Shown here piece after piece: positions 19,698 to 29,843 of a DNA stretch of 64,000 nt (within the stretch, counting starts at the first letter, position 1; each line of letters starts with the position of its first letter). The position numbers were made by a program, and so were the translations under genes. The DNA lies in IMG/VR virus record IMGVR_UViG_3300025015_000001; one strand, 5' to 3'. The notes beneath the pieces were generated by a model. It did no database searches. It worked only from the letters and a program-made list of their open reading frames with translations, and was not told the DNA's origin. This stretch comes from a virus.

Positions 19698-21095
19698 ATG
19701 ATAAATAAAAAATCTTTATTTGATAGAGTAGCAGAAAGTCTTATTACAAAAAAATCTGGCACTGGCATATCTATAGAAAAAACAGCAGAAGACAAAACTG
19801 AACGTAAGAATAAATTCAAAGGTTTAGATGATTATGAAAAAATGATACTAGCAATATGCAATACACCAAGAACTGATTCACATATCAAGCAGTTTTTCAA
19901 ATCACGTAATGAGCAAGGTCAGACTATTAATTTTGATAGCAAGATACAGAAGCTTACAAAAGAGGGCTATTTAGATCATGGTTATAATAAGTATGTAGTA
20001 AATCCTAAATTTAGAGAATTTATAACAGTTATACCTATGACAGCCTCTAAAAAGGAAGCAATGAATTACGAAGTAAACACACCAGAGGATTATATAAGCA
20101 AAGCAGTTGCATACGGTTTAGATGACCCCACTATAATAAATAAATTATCAGATAGTTATGGGATAGAGCATAACCAAGCATATAACATGCTTCAGGATGC
20201 TAAGTCAGGTAAAACAAGTTATACAGATACATCAAGGGGTGATTTAGGTGGCGGATTAATAGATAGAACCGAAAGGGAGGAATACAGAGAGTCTATTATC
20301 GCGACCAAGTCTTTTAAGTTGAGTGTCGAAGAAAAGGTGGCTATAGTAGAGGTAGAGGCGGCACGTTATGAATGGAACGGTTCGGATTTAGTAAACTATG
20401 AAACTCAGGAAAAGGTAGATGTTAGTTCTCTAAAATTAAATGACAAAATATTAGATAATCCAGATACAGAAGAAAATTCATTTTTAGATAGAGCAGTATT
20501 TATGCTACCATCACATCTTTATATAGATGAAGTTGGTTATCATAAAGATTTAGCTGCACCTATTCTAATGGTTTATAAAGAATCTAGCAGAGAAGCTAAA
20601 AATCTAAAACAAAAGAAAGCTAACAAAACTGCAGCATCTTTTGTTAACACAATCGGGAGTAGCAATTATAAGCTTAACCCAAATAATGTTTCTCAACGGG
20701 CAGTTACATTTGCACGTAAATTTTTATCAAATTATAGATTCCCATTAGCACCAACTATTAAATTTAATGCTATGAAAAATGCATCCACAAGTAATAATAT
20801 GCTAAATGGGGAAGTACATTTGACATTGGGATTCAAGACACTATCAAATGTGCACAAGTATATTGATATATCAATGCCTATTAAAGAGGGTAGTTTCATA
20901 GAGCCCTCCACTATGACTGTAGATGGCAAATCTTATATCATATCCCAATCCGCAATAGACGATCTAACCAAAAGTGGGACATTTTACACCACAGTTAATC
21001 CCAGGGCATCTTCCCAGCCGATGGACAGGAAAATTTTGGATACATTCAAAGATAGAGTCGTTCCTAAAATAAAAAGAAATTTGTTTTCAATCTGA
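19698..21095 (+). CDS. Putative virion protein
   Basis: 465 aa; N-terminal NKKSLF, internal KSFKLS, KTA/KVA motifs. Confidence 0.6.
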   Translation: MINKKSLFDRVAESLITKKSGTGISIEKTAEDKTERKNKFKGLDDYEKMILAICNTPRTDSHIKQFFKSRNEQGQTINFDSKIQKLTKEGYLDHGYNKYVVNPKFREFITVIPMTASKKEAMNYEVNTPEDYISKAVAYGLDDPTIINKLSDSYGIEHNQAYNMLQDAKSGKTSYTDTSRGDLGGGLIDRTEREEYRESIIATKSFKLSVEEKVAIVEVEAARYEWNGSDLVNYETQEKVDVSSLKLNDKILDNPDTEENSFLDRAVFMLPSHLYIDEVGYHKDLAAPILMVYKESSREAKNLKQKKANKTAASFVNTIGSSNYKLNPNNVSQRAVTFARKFLSNYRFPLAPTIKFNAMKNASTSNNMLNGEVHLTLGFKTLSNVHKYIDISMPIKEGSFIEPSTMTVDGKSYIISQSAIDDLTKSGTFYTTVNPRASSQPMDRKILDTFKDRVVPKIKRNLFSI

Positions 21096-21148
21096 GAGTT
21101 GTAATTGTGGGGTAAAAAATAAAACAGTATTTTGATAAAAATGATGAT

Positions 21149-24100
21149 TTGGTCTTATTGTTAGATAAGTACAAGGAACAACTAGATTTTAAATCAAAAA
21201 ATTATGAGGAGATAGAGGCTTTTGTTGGTGATAAGCCTCTTGTCGTTTCAACTAAAATAGATGGGATTTTGCATATAGCAAAATATCTTGATGGTAAGAC
21301 TTACCTTGCTACTCGCGAGGGGCGTATTACAGAAGAACTACCTGTATTGACTGAGATTTCTAAGATGTTAAATGATAAACAAGAAACAATTTTATTTGGT
21401 GAATTGTATGGTATAGATGCTGACGGTAGAGAACTACCGTTAAATGAGACAATATCAATCACAAGAAAACCAAAATCACCAGAAGATGAGCATAGAATTA
21501 AATTTGGCATATTTGATATTTATAAATATGATGGAAAATTAGTAGAGGAGAACGACTACTGGAAGAGATTGCTGTTAGTACAAGAATTATTTGAAGACGG
21601 TAAGTATGTTCATCCTGTATATGCAAAAAATGAAGACGGATCTTCTGCTATTAAAAAAATGTGGGAAGAGGAAGTTTTAAGAGAAGGGCACGAAGGTGTA
21701 GTTTTACATATAGAAGGTAATACTATTAAGATTAAGCCTACCAAAACTATAGATTGTTTAGTTATTGCGGTTAAGCCTAATTTAGAAAAAGGCTTTGCTA
21801 GTTCTTTATTTTTAGCATTGATGGATAAGGACGGCATATTCAGAAGTACTTCATTTGTTGGTACAGGATTGACAGACGAAGACAGAGTGGAGTGGTTAAA
21901 TTATGCAAACGAAAATAAAGCCCTAGCTCCTAATCATGATGAGCTTTTATGGATTGATATAAATAAAAATCCAAGAATTGTAGAAGTAGACTATGAACGC
22001 CCTATTGTAAAAGAAACAGAAAGTTTTAAATTCATTAATGGCGAATGGGGACAATTAGAAGAAGAAAGATTAGCTGCTACACTAATCAAACCCAGATTTA
22101 TTAGATTACGCGAGGATAAAAAAGTAACAGAGACCGATCTCAGACTTATTCAGATTCCTGATTTAGAAAAAGAATTGACTAAAAAAAGTTTTAAAATAAA
22201 TGCTGATCTTAAATCTTATGATGATTGGTTTTTGTCAGAGTATGGTGAACTACCTAAGTATGAGTATGTGTATATGCAAAGATTTTACGAAGGTCAGCCA
22301 CTAGATATAGCATTCAATGATACAAAAATACATTCTACTAGATTAGATAGATTTGATTTTAATTTAAATAAGTACTCCGATAGAATTACTAACTTGTCTC
22401 AATTAATTGCTGACATGGATAAAGTTAAGGCTATAGGGTATGATAAGATAAGTATTATCAAGCCATCTGGAGAAATAAAATTATTTGATAAAAAATCATT
22501 TAAACTAGAAGCTTATTACCCAAATCACCCTAATACAGTAATTTTTTCTAAAGGAGAATTTTTAAGATATGATCTTAGAGAAAAAGATGTGTGGGAATTT
22601 TATGATAAAGTAAAAGACAAAATATTACAACAAACTCGCGGTAAGAATGTTTTATTATATCTCAGAGTTAATGGTGATATATTAAAACGTAAACATGATG
22701 GTATAGTCAAGGTAGATAATTATAATGATTTTAACCGTATTAATAATGGTAGAATGATTGAGATACACTCTGAAATATGTCAAGAAAAAAGGGATACTTG
22801 TCTTACTGATATTATTTTTTGTGATGTAGACCCCAAAGAAAATTTCCCTTGGAAAGATACAAAAGAAATAACTAAAAAGATATATAATATTTTTAACAAG
22901 GACTCCAATGTAAAGCATGTAAAAATCCACTATAGCGGGAACAGAGGATTCCACTGTATAGCAAAACTTAGGGAATTATGGGAAGTTGATAGAGCAAGAG
23001 AGTATACAAAACGCTTGCTTAAATCATTAGAATCTGATAAAATAAAGTTGGGTATAGTGCGAGAAAATGATATGTTACGTTTAGATACCACTTTATTAAA
23101 AAGACGAGGCTCTTTGCGCACAGCGTATTCTTTAAATAAGACCACAGGATTAGTAGCAGTTCCTGTGGATATTAAATCTTTAGACACTTTTGAAAAGAAA
23201 GATGCTACTATAAAAAAAGTTTTAGAGAAGTTGAGTGCAAGTAAAAAATCATTTAAAATTAATGCCGAAGATATTATATATGGTCCTTGGGCTATATATG
23301 ATGATATAGTAGATGCCGCTACTGGAGATATTACTCACATAGAATGGTTTACCAATATAGGATTTCCAGTATCCCCAAATATTTTTGATAAGATTACCAG
23401 AGGTTCGTACATTATAAGAGATGGTATACTTAATATAATGATTTATCCTGAAGCTGGGTATGTAGAAGAAGCCCTAGATAAATCAAATAGGTTAATGGAT
23501 AAGATAGGTTATCATGATAAGTATAAAGAAGTTAGGTTTTTTAAAAGCCATAAAATTGGAATCAACAGGATAGCTAAAAAATCATTTAAAATAAATTCTT
23601 CTATATTAGATTATCCTAAGCCTGGATTAGAACCTAAAGTATGGAATTTTGATGGTACCATAAATGAGAATGTAAAATCACAAATACTCAATAAACTTAA
23701 CAAATTTATAGAATCGCAAGGATATAGTGCTAAAGAAATTATAACTAAAATTTATGTAGTGGGAAGTTTAACTTCATACCAGTATAATAGAAATACAGAT
23801 TTGGACGTTCACTGTTATTTGAATCTCCAAAATATGTTAGGAATATTTCAGGGCAATGAAGCCGACCTCATAGAATTAATAGATAAAAGTTGGCGTAAGA
23901 CATTAAATAAAGCCGAATCAGAGACTATAGAAGGAACGCAGCACCCATTAGAGTTCTATTTTGAAATACCAGAAGATTTATCCGTAGCACCTTCAGATGG
24001 TGTTTACGATTTATTAAATAATACTTGGATAAAAGAACCTAAAGTTATTACTGTGGATTTTGATATAGAGAAAATATATCCTGAAATTATTAATAGAGCT

Positions 24101-24784
24101 AAAGAGATTGCAAAAGAATTAGACATTCAAATAGGTGAATTAAAACGAGATGTCACAGATGCAGAGATGATTCAGGATTTGATTGACTACTTATCCGAAG
24201 AACAAAAAGGGTTATTTGTAGAGAAGTTAAATACCAAGATAGAAGAAATAGATAATAATATTGTAGATTTACTTAAAGTAGAGCAAAGTATTAGTGATAA
24301 GCGCCACGAAGATTATGCTTGGGATAGTGAAGGAAATATTTTATTTAAATTTTTACAAAGATTCGGCTATGTCGGGTTGTTAAAATCTATTGAAAAAGCT
24401 ATAGGCAATGATAAAAAATTTGATACGGATGACATAGAAAATACTCAAAAAGTACTAAACCCAATTAAGAGTTTTAGATTATATGCAGGATTCTACGATC
24501 CCAACAGCCCGATTTTACTCAATCCAGAAGGCGGAGGAGAAGGCAGGCATAGACTTGTAGATCCTAAAGCCTTTGATAAAGACTCATTTAGGCGCTGGTC
24601 AGAGTGGGCTGGAGTAAAAGCCCCAGCTGGGATTACATTCTTAGTCGGAGATTTAATTAAAGAAAAAAATAAAGCTCTTCAGGCCATACGTTTTGATACT
24701 AATATAATATCTGAAAAGGAAGCAGAAAAATTTTGGAATAAAGTAAAAAATAAAAAAGGTTTTGAAAAAACTTGGAAATGGTAG
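21149..24784 (+). CDS. Polyprotein: ATP-dependent DNA ligase + LigD-type primase-polymerase + Pol-beta-like nucleotidyltransferase + small modules
   Basis: Ligase KIDG, FGELY, FDIY, EGVVL, KIKP, PRFIRLREDK; AEP DVDP, SGNRGFH, YSL; NTase GSLTSYQYNRNTDLDVH; domains separated by KKSF-type motifs. Confidence 0.9.
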   Translation: MVLLLDKYKEQLDFKSKNYEEIEAFVGDKPLVVSTKIDGILHIAKYLDGKTYLATREGRITEELPVLTEISKMLNDKQETILFGELYGIDADGRELPLNETISITRKPKSPEDEHRIKFGIFDIYKYDGKLVEENDYWKRLLLVQELFEDGKYVHPVYAKNEDGSSAIKKMWEEEVLREGHEGVVLHIEGNTIKIKPTKTIDCLVIAVKPNLEKGFASSLFLALMDKDGIFRSTSFVGTGLTDEDRVEWLNYANENKALAPNHDELLWIDINKNPRIVEVDYERPIVKETESFKFINGEWGQLEEERLAATLIKPRFIRLREDKKVTETDLRLIQIPDLEKELTKKSFKINADLKSYDDWFLSEYGELPKYEYVYMQRFYEGQPLDIAFNDTKIHSTRLDRFDFNLNKYSDRITNLSQLIADMDKVKAIGYDKISIIKPSGEIKLFDKKSFKLEAYYPNHPNTVIFSKGEFLRYDLREKDVWEFYDKVKDKILQQTRGKNVLLYLRVNGDILKRKHDGIVKVDNYNDFNRINNGRMIEIHSEICQEKRDTCLTDIIFCDVDPKENFPWKDTKEITKKIYNIFNKDSNVKHVKIHYSGNRGFHCIAKLRELWEVDRAREYTKRLLKSLESDKIKLGIVRENDMLRLDTTLLKRRGSLRTAYSLNKTTGLVAVPVDIKSLDTFEKKDATIKKVLEKLSASKKSFKINAEDIIYGPWAIYDDIVDAATGDITHIEWFTNIGFPVSPNIFDKITRGSYIIRDGILNIMIYPEAGYVEEALDKSNRLMDKIGYHDKYKEVRFFKSHKIGINRIAKKSFKINSSILDYPKPGLEPKVWNFDGTINENVKSQILNKLNKFIESQGYSAKEIITKIYVVGSLTSYQYNRNTDLDVHCYLNLQNMLGIFQGNEADLIELIDKSWRKTLNKAESETIEGTQHPLEFYFEIPEDLSVAPSDGVYDLLNNTWIKEPKVITVDFDIEKIYPEIINRAKEIAKELDIQIGELKRDVTDAEMIQDLIDYLSEEQKGLFVEKLNTKIEEIDNNIVDLLKVEQSISDKRHEDYAWDSEGNILFKFLQRFGYVGLLKSIEKAIGNDKKFDTDDIENTQKVLNPIKSFRLYAGFYDPNSPILLNPEGGGEGRHRLVDPKAFDKDSFRRWSEWAGVKAPAGITFLVGDLIKEKNKALQAIRFDTNIISEKEAEKFWNKVKNKKGFEKTWKW

Positions 24785-24792
24785 GAGAGATT

Positions 24793-25437
24793 ATGCTAAA
24801 TAAAGAAGAACTAAAGATGACCTCGTTACTAAAGCTAGCCATAGAGGATACCTTAAAATTATATCTACAGTTTAAAGGTGTCGAAGTGCCTATAGCGTTC
24901 ATTTCTATAAAAGACGCCGCTAAGTTCATAGCAGGTGGCCTATCGGAAGAAGGTATAACTACAGTTGATTATTTGACTAAAGTGGAATGGAGAGAAAAAG
25001 GACTTTTTATAAACAATCTATTTTATAAACTTTTTTGGGGCAGCGCTTACGATGACGAAAGTGAGTATTTGACTATTAATGAAAGATTACAGATGGACAA
25101 CTCTATCACAGATAATCTCGACCGACACAAAGAGGAGATAAAAATGGCCTCTTTACTAAAATTAGCTAAACAAGAAGATATTGCATTCGATGCAAATGCT
25201 TTTATACGAGTATGGGTGGATATTACTGATTTAGAATATGAAACTGAGATAGAAAATATTAAGAAGATGAGCATCTCAGAAGATGAAAAGATTAAATTAG
25301 CTAAGAATTTTGCTAAACAGGTAGCTACTAATAAAATAAGTGAAAACGATGTTCAGATTAAAGGCTATGATGATCTGGATCAGACTTTTGATAGAATAAA
25401 TTGGGCTGCTCTGGTAAGCTCTGAAACAGAAGAATAA
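24793..25437 (+). CDS. Two-module putative head protein
   Basis: ATG 24793 with AGGAG; KM(T/A)SLLKLA occurs twice. Confidence 0.65.
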   Translation: MLNKEELKMTSLLKLAIEDTLKLYLQFKGVEVPIAFISIKDAAKFIAGGLSEEGITTVDYLTKVEWREKGLFINNLFYKLFWGSAYDDESEYLTINERLQMDNSITDNLDRHKEEIKMASLLKLAKQEDIAFDANAFIRVWVDITDLEYETEIENIKKMSISEDEKIKLAKNFAKQVATNKISENDVQIKGYDDLDQTFDRINWAALVSSETEE

Positions 25438-25457
25438 AATATTTATAAAGGGTATGT

Positions 25458-26219
25458 ATGTTAGAGCATCGTTGTAAGTTATGTAAATTAGGATTAGAAG
25501 ATAAGAGTATATTATTAAAAATACATAATCTTAGATTTAGAGAAGATGTAACATTGCGTTCTATGGAAGAAAAAGTTAAAGAGATTATAGCCACTAGTGA
25601 GAATGAAAAAATAAAGAATATGGACCCACCTTCTTACGTAGCAATATCTTATCATTTTAGAAGACATACTTCTCCTAGATTAAAAGCTAAATATAAGACG
25701 CAAGCTCTTATGCCGGCTTTGATGGAGAATGCAAAAAAAGAATTACTAGACATCCCAGAGGTATCTGCTGATCTAAAAAAGATAGAAAAAGAAAGATTTA
25801 GTTTATATGATGATTTAACTTTACTGTATAATACAATGAAAGCTAGATTCGAAGCTTTTGATGAATCCCAAGGCAAGATGATTAATTTAGGATTGCCTGG
25901 GGAAAAAGGAAATTTAGAAGGTTATACAGCATTATCAAAAGTTCTTAAAGATGTCTTATCAGAATTAAATAAGATGAGACAAACAGAGCAGTTAGCTAAG
26001 AATATATTTAATTTTGCATTAAAAGAATATACTATGCTAACTATAGAAACTATTATGAGAGAATCAGAAATGATGAAAAAGAATTTAGCTACGCATATTA
26101 AAGATGGTTTAATTGTAGAAGATTTAATAGAGGAATTGCAATGTAATATAGGAACACATTTGAAAAAAGGATTTAACGAAGTTATAAAGAAAACAGAAAC
26201 ACAGTTTAACTTAAAATAA
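25458..26219 (+). CDS. Probable terminase small subunit
   Basis: Directly upstream of terL; N-terminal CKLC, helical body; positional inference. Confidence 0.55.
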   Translation: MLEHRCKLCKLGLEDKSILLKIHNLRFREDVTLRSMEEKVKEIIATSENEKIKNMDPPSYVAISYHFRRHTSPRLKAKYKTQALMPALMENAKKELLDIPEVSADLKKIEKERFSLYDDLTLLYNTMKARFEAFDESQGKMINLGLPGEKGNLEGYTALSKVLKDVLSELNKMRQTEQLAKNIFNFALKEYTMLTIETIMRESEMMKKNLATHIKDGLIVEDLIEELQCNIGTHLKKGFNEVIKKTETQFNLK

Positions 26220-26222
26220 AAT

Positions 26223-29200
26223 ATGGCACGTCCTAAAAAAGATTCTCCCACAGTAGACATGCGGTCAAATATATCATTAGATGATATTGGTTCTGAGATA
26301 TCAGGATTATTTGATAAGCATATTATTGGCGGAGAAAAAATTGATTGGAATAAAGATAGCGTAGGCGAATCTACACAAGCAGTAGACAAATATGCTATAG
26401 ACTTTTCCATACAAGCTCCTAATATTATAGAATGGAGCACTAGTGAGAAGTTCTTAAATCAACCATCTTTGTTTGATTATAAAAGACAGTATCAAACAAT
26501 ACGAGATTTGTTTCAATTAAGATGCCCATTATGCAATAAATTAGATAGACAGTCTATAGATTGTTGGGATAAAGGAAGAGAATATTTAGAATCAGAGAAT
26601 TTATTAGCATGGTCCCCAAAGCACCATGACGATGTTTGCCCATCTTGCAATACTACAAGAAGAGAATTTGAAACAGATGGTATCTTTAAACGTTATAATA
26701 CTTTTGTGGCATGCGTTGGTATGCGTTCTGGTAAAAGTGTCATGGCAGGGGCTTATTTAGGCACCTACATAGAACATTTAATAATAACATTAGGTAACCC
26801 CTCATCTTACTTTGATGTTTTTCCTGGGCAGCCATTTGAGGTGGCATTTACAGCAACCACAGAGGTTCAATCGGAAGGAACCATTTATGCATATTTTAGA
26901 GCGGCACGAGAACAGTCCCCTTGGATACAAGCTTATATAGAACATTTGAAACAGGAAGAAACAAGAAGAGGGTTATTTAAGCAAACACTATATAACGAAA
27001 CAAATAAAACCATATATTACAAAGAACTAAATACAGAATTCAATTCCTTGCATTGCTTTACCAAAGGTACACAAATTTTATTAAGCAACTACACATATAA
27101 GAATATAGAAGACATACAGATTGGTGATCAAGTACTAGATAGAAAAGGCTACACACAAAAAGTAGAGAGTGTTTGGTGTGAGGGCGCACCCAAAGAAATT
27201 TTAGAAATAACAGTTTATGGTGGTACTAAATTTAAATGTACCAATAACCATAGATTTCCAGCATATGTGTGGCCCAAGAAATGTTACTGTGGATGTGGGG
27301 CTGAGCTCGATACAGGGCGCTCTTTTATAAAGGGGCATCAAGGTAATGGTAGAAAATTTAAGATGCGTATAGCAGAGGGTAGCGGAGGGCACGTAAGAAG
27401 ACTTCCTCTGGAATATAACCCACTACAAGACGTTATAGCGGAAGATCTCGGTGTAAACGATTACTTATTTATGCCTAGAAAATTTGAAGAGATCAAGACA
27501 GACGTCTCCCCAGAGCAAGCTAGATTATTAGGTTATTACATCGCCGAGGGCTGTAGTAATAGAACTACGTACAAATCTGGCTATAAAAGGTTGGGATCGG
27601 AGTTCACATTCCATAAAGATGAACTACATACATGGGTTAAAGATATATACTATATTTGTGATAAATATAAAATTCACTACAATACATATTTAAGAAAAGA
27701 CGCTAAGGCGTGTGTAACTTTTACATCTGGAAAAAATGCAATTGAGACAGCAGAATGGTTGGAGACAAACGGCGGCGTCTTTTCAAAAACAAAGAAACTC
27801 TCTGAGGATGTGATGAGATGGCCATTAAATCTTAAAATGGAACTTATCAGAGGGCTATTTAGGGGTGATGGTACTCATCATTTAAAAAAACAAAGATGCC
27901 CTAATATCACATATAACACGGCTTCAAAAATCTTAGCTCAACAGGTACAAATGATTTTATGCCAACTAGGTTATTATTCTGGAATTGTAGAGCATAAATA
28001 TAGAATTACTAAATTTAATAAGAATGGTAAATCTATTGGCTACTATGTTAATATGGGGGGTAATCAAACATTTAAGTTAGCCGAAGAAATCTGGGGCGCG
28101 AATAATAAATTTATTGATGTAAAAATAAGCCCTATTAAAAATTTATGTAAAGTAGACGACGATTATATTTACTTCCCAATTAAAAGTATTAAAAAGATAA
28201 TTAATTCTGATCCTGTATATAATCTAACAGTTTCAAATGACCACTCTTATATAGTAGGTAATATAGGTACCTATAATTCCAATTCCGGAGGGCTAGCTGG
28301 TAGAACACGTGTTTGGGCCGTAGTAGACGAGCTAAGCAGATTTGAAACTTCAGTAGGAGAAAGTCGTAGGGGGGCAAAAGAAGTTTATAATGTTATTGAT
28401 AATGGTTTAGCTACTGTAAGAGGAGAAACCGATAGAAGACAATTGCCATATATTTTTGGAATGATGAACGCAGTAAGTTCACCCATTCATAACAATGATA
28501 TGACAATGAAACTTCTTAAGACTGCTAAAAAAGATAAAAATGTTTTTGCTGTACATTACCCTACTTGGAAATTTAATCCTAAGATTACAAGAGAAAGTTT
28601 AGAATCAAGATTTCAGAGAGACCCTATTGGAGCAGAGAGAGACTTTGGCGCAAATCCACCCAATGCAGAAATGCCTCTTATTACAGATGAAGAACGTTTT
28701 AGAAAATGTATTAATCCAAATCTAAAACCAAAAGCAACATTTGAAGACACTACTCCTGTGGATGGTATGGGGAGAATGTATGCAGGTAAAATACTAAAGC
28801 ATGCTGATTTTGATAGATTAACATCATATTATATAGCTGGTGACGCAGGTAAATCCAAGGATAGTTTTGCTTTAGCTTGCGGTCATGGTGAGTATAAAGA
28901 TGTTCACACGCCAAACGGAATAGAAAAGAAATGGTGCACCATAATGGATTGGTGCGTTACGATAAGACCATCTGTCAAACCACGTAAAACTATTTATTAT
29001 GATTGTATTGTAGACATATTAAATAGAATTAAGCAAAGACAAAAAATACAATCAGTTGCATTTGACCATTGGCAATCAGAAAGTATTTTACAAGATCTAA
29101 GCAACATGCAAATCGAGACAGCAACATATAATGTCAAAGCTGAAGATTATATGAGATTTGTTATAGATGCGTATGAAAGTAAAGTTCAGTTAATACCCCC

Positions 29201-29489
29201 TGTAGCTGAAGATGAATATCTAGACCCGTACGCACCAGTTAAAGGTATGTCAGATTATGGAAGACTTGTGCATGAATTATTAAATTTAGAAAGAAGTGCA
29301 GATTTAAAGACAGTCGATCACAGATCAAATGAGCATAATGACTGCGCTGCAGTGGCTGTAATGGTGCACAAGAATGTACAAGAACAGGTATCCACTACAG
29401 GCAAGTCTAAGAATTTTAAAAATGCAATGAGTGTAGCAGTACAAAGTGGGCTAATGCCAACCTCAGCTAGAGTAGGATTCTGGCGATAG
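26223..29489 (+). CDS. terL: Terminase large subunit with intein
   Basis: Walker A GMRSGKS, Walker B AVVDE, nuclease IAGDAGKSKDSF and FDHWQS; 680 aa after intein removal. Confidence 0.92.
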   Translation: MARPKKDSPTVDMRSNISLDDIGSEISGLFDKHIIGGEKIDWNKDSVGESTQAVDKYAIDFSIQAPNIIEWSTSEKFLNQPSLFDYKRQYQTIRDLFQLRCPLCNKLDRQSIDCWDKGREYLESENLLAWSPKHHDDVCPSCNTTRREFETDGIFKRYNTFVACVGMRSGKSVMAGAYLGTYIEHLIITLGNPSSYFDVFPGQPFEVAFTATTEVQSEGTIYAYFRAAREQSPWIQAYIEHLKQEETRRGLFKQTLYNETNKTIYYKELNTEFNSLHCFTKGTQILLSNYTYKNIEDIQIGDQVLDRKGYTQKVESVWCEGAPKEILEITVYGGTKFKCTNNHRFPAYVWPKKCYCGCGAELDTGRSFIKGHQGNGRKFKMRIAEGSGGHVRRLPLEYNPLQDVIAEDLGVNDYLFMPRKFEEIKTDVSPEQARLLGYYIAEGCSNRTTYKSGYKRLGSEFTFHKDELHTWVKDIYYICDKYKIHYNTYLRKDAKACVTFTSGKNAIETAEWLETNGGVFSKTKKLSEDVMRWPLNLKMELIRGLFRGDGTHHLKKQRCPNITYNTASKILAQQVQMILCQLGYYSGIVEHKYRITKFNKNGKSIGYYVNMGGNQTFKLAEEIWGANNKFIDVKISPIKNLCKVDDDYIYFPIKSIKKIINSDPVYNLTVSNDHSYIVGNIGTYNSNSGGLAGRTRVWAVVDELSRFETSVGESRRGAKEVYNVIDNGLATVRGETDRRQLPYIFGMMNAVSSPIHNNDMTMKLLKTAKKDKNVFAVHYPTWKFNPKITRESLESRFQRDPIGAERDFGANPPNAEMPLITDEERFRKCINPNLKPKATFEDTTPVDGMGRMYAGKILKHADFDRLTSYYIAGDAGKSKDSFALACGHGEYKDVHTPNGIEKKWCTIMDWCVTIRPSVKPRKTIYYDCIVDILNRIKQRQKIQSVAFDHWQSESILQDLSNMQIETATYNVKAEDYMRFVIDAYESKVQLIPPVAEDEYLDPYAPVKGMSDYGRLVHELLNLERSADLKTVDHRSNEHNDCAAVAVMVHKNVQEQVSTTGKSKNFKNAMSVAVQSGLMPTSARVGFWR
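27054..28277 (+). mobile_element. 408-aa intein with LAGLIDADG endonuclease in terL
   Basis: CFTKGT start, TNNH block B, LLGYYIAEG and IRGLFRGDG, C-terminal VYNLTV...GTYN followed by Ser; splicing restores FNSLH/SNSGGLAGRT. Confidence 0.92.
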
Positions 29490-29749
29490 CTTGGTAAGAT
29501 ATATGGCACTTTCTAAAGATATGTTACATTCATTTAGTAGATATTTAATCGACTCTGCAAAATTGTTTAGTTTTTTAGCATCACTTAGTAGAGTATTGCA
29601 CCTCCCGACTATAAAATATGCACCACTACAAATTTCTTCGAAAAATGTAGTACACGGAGGCACTATGCAATACTTACCATCATTAAATATATTTGTCGCA
29701 GATACTTTGCATAGTTTTTCTGGACATTTTTACAGTCTTCATATTCCAT
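29463..29749 (-). pseudogene. LTKIK-family small protein (copy 5), frameshifted
   Basis: ATG 29749 MEYEDCK; one A missing in the run at 29727-29731; restoring it gives CKKCPEKLC...VPPC...LESAIYLTKL. Confidence 0.75.
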
Positions 29750-29755
29750 AAATAG

Positions 29756-29784
29756 ATGTTAACATAAATTTAAAAGTAAGTCAA
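29756..29784 (-). promoter_or_regulatory. sigma70-type promoter, probably leaderless transcript
   Basis: TTGACT-17-TAACAT, 6 nt before ATG, no SD. Confidence 0.65.
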
Positions 29785-29804
29785 TTATAATTTAATTATT
29801 ATTA

Positions 29805-29838
29805 TTTAAAAATTTTTTAAAAATATTTGTGATATAAT
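29805..29838 (+). promoter_or_regulatory. Phage-specific promoter motif (partial)
   Basis: TTTAAAAATTTTTTAAAAATATTTGTGATATAAT, 5 nt before ATG 29844. Confidence 0.7.
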
Positions 29839-29843
29839 ATAAA

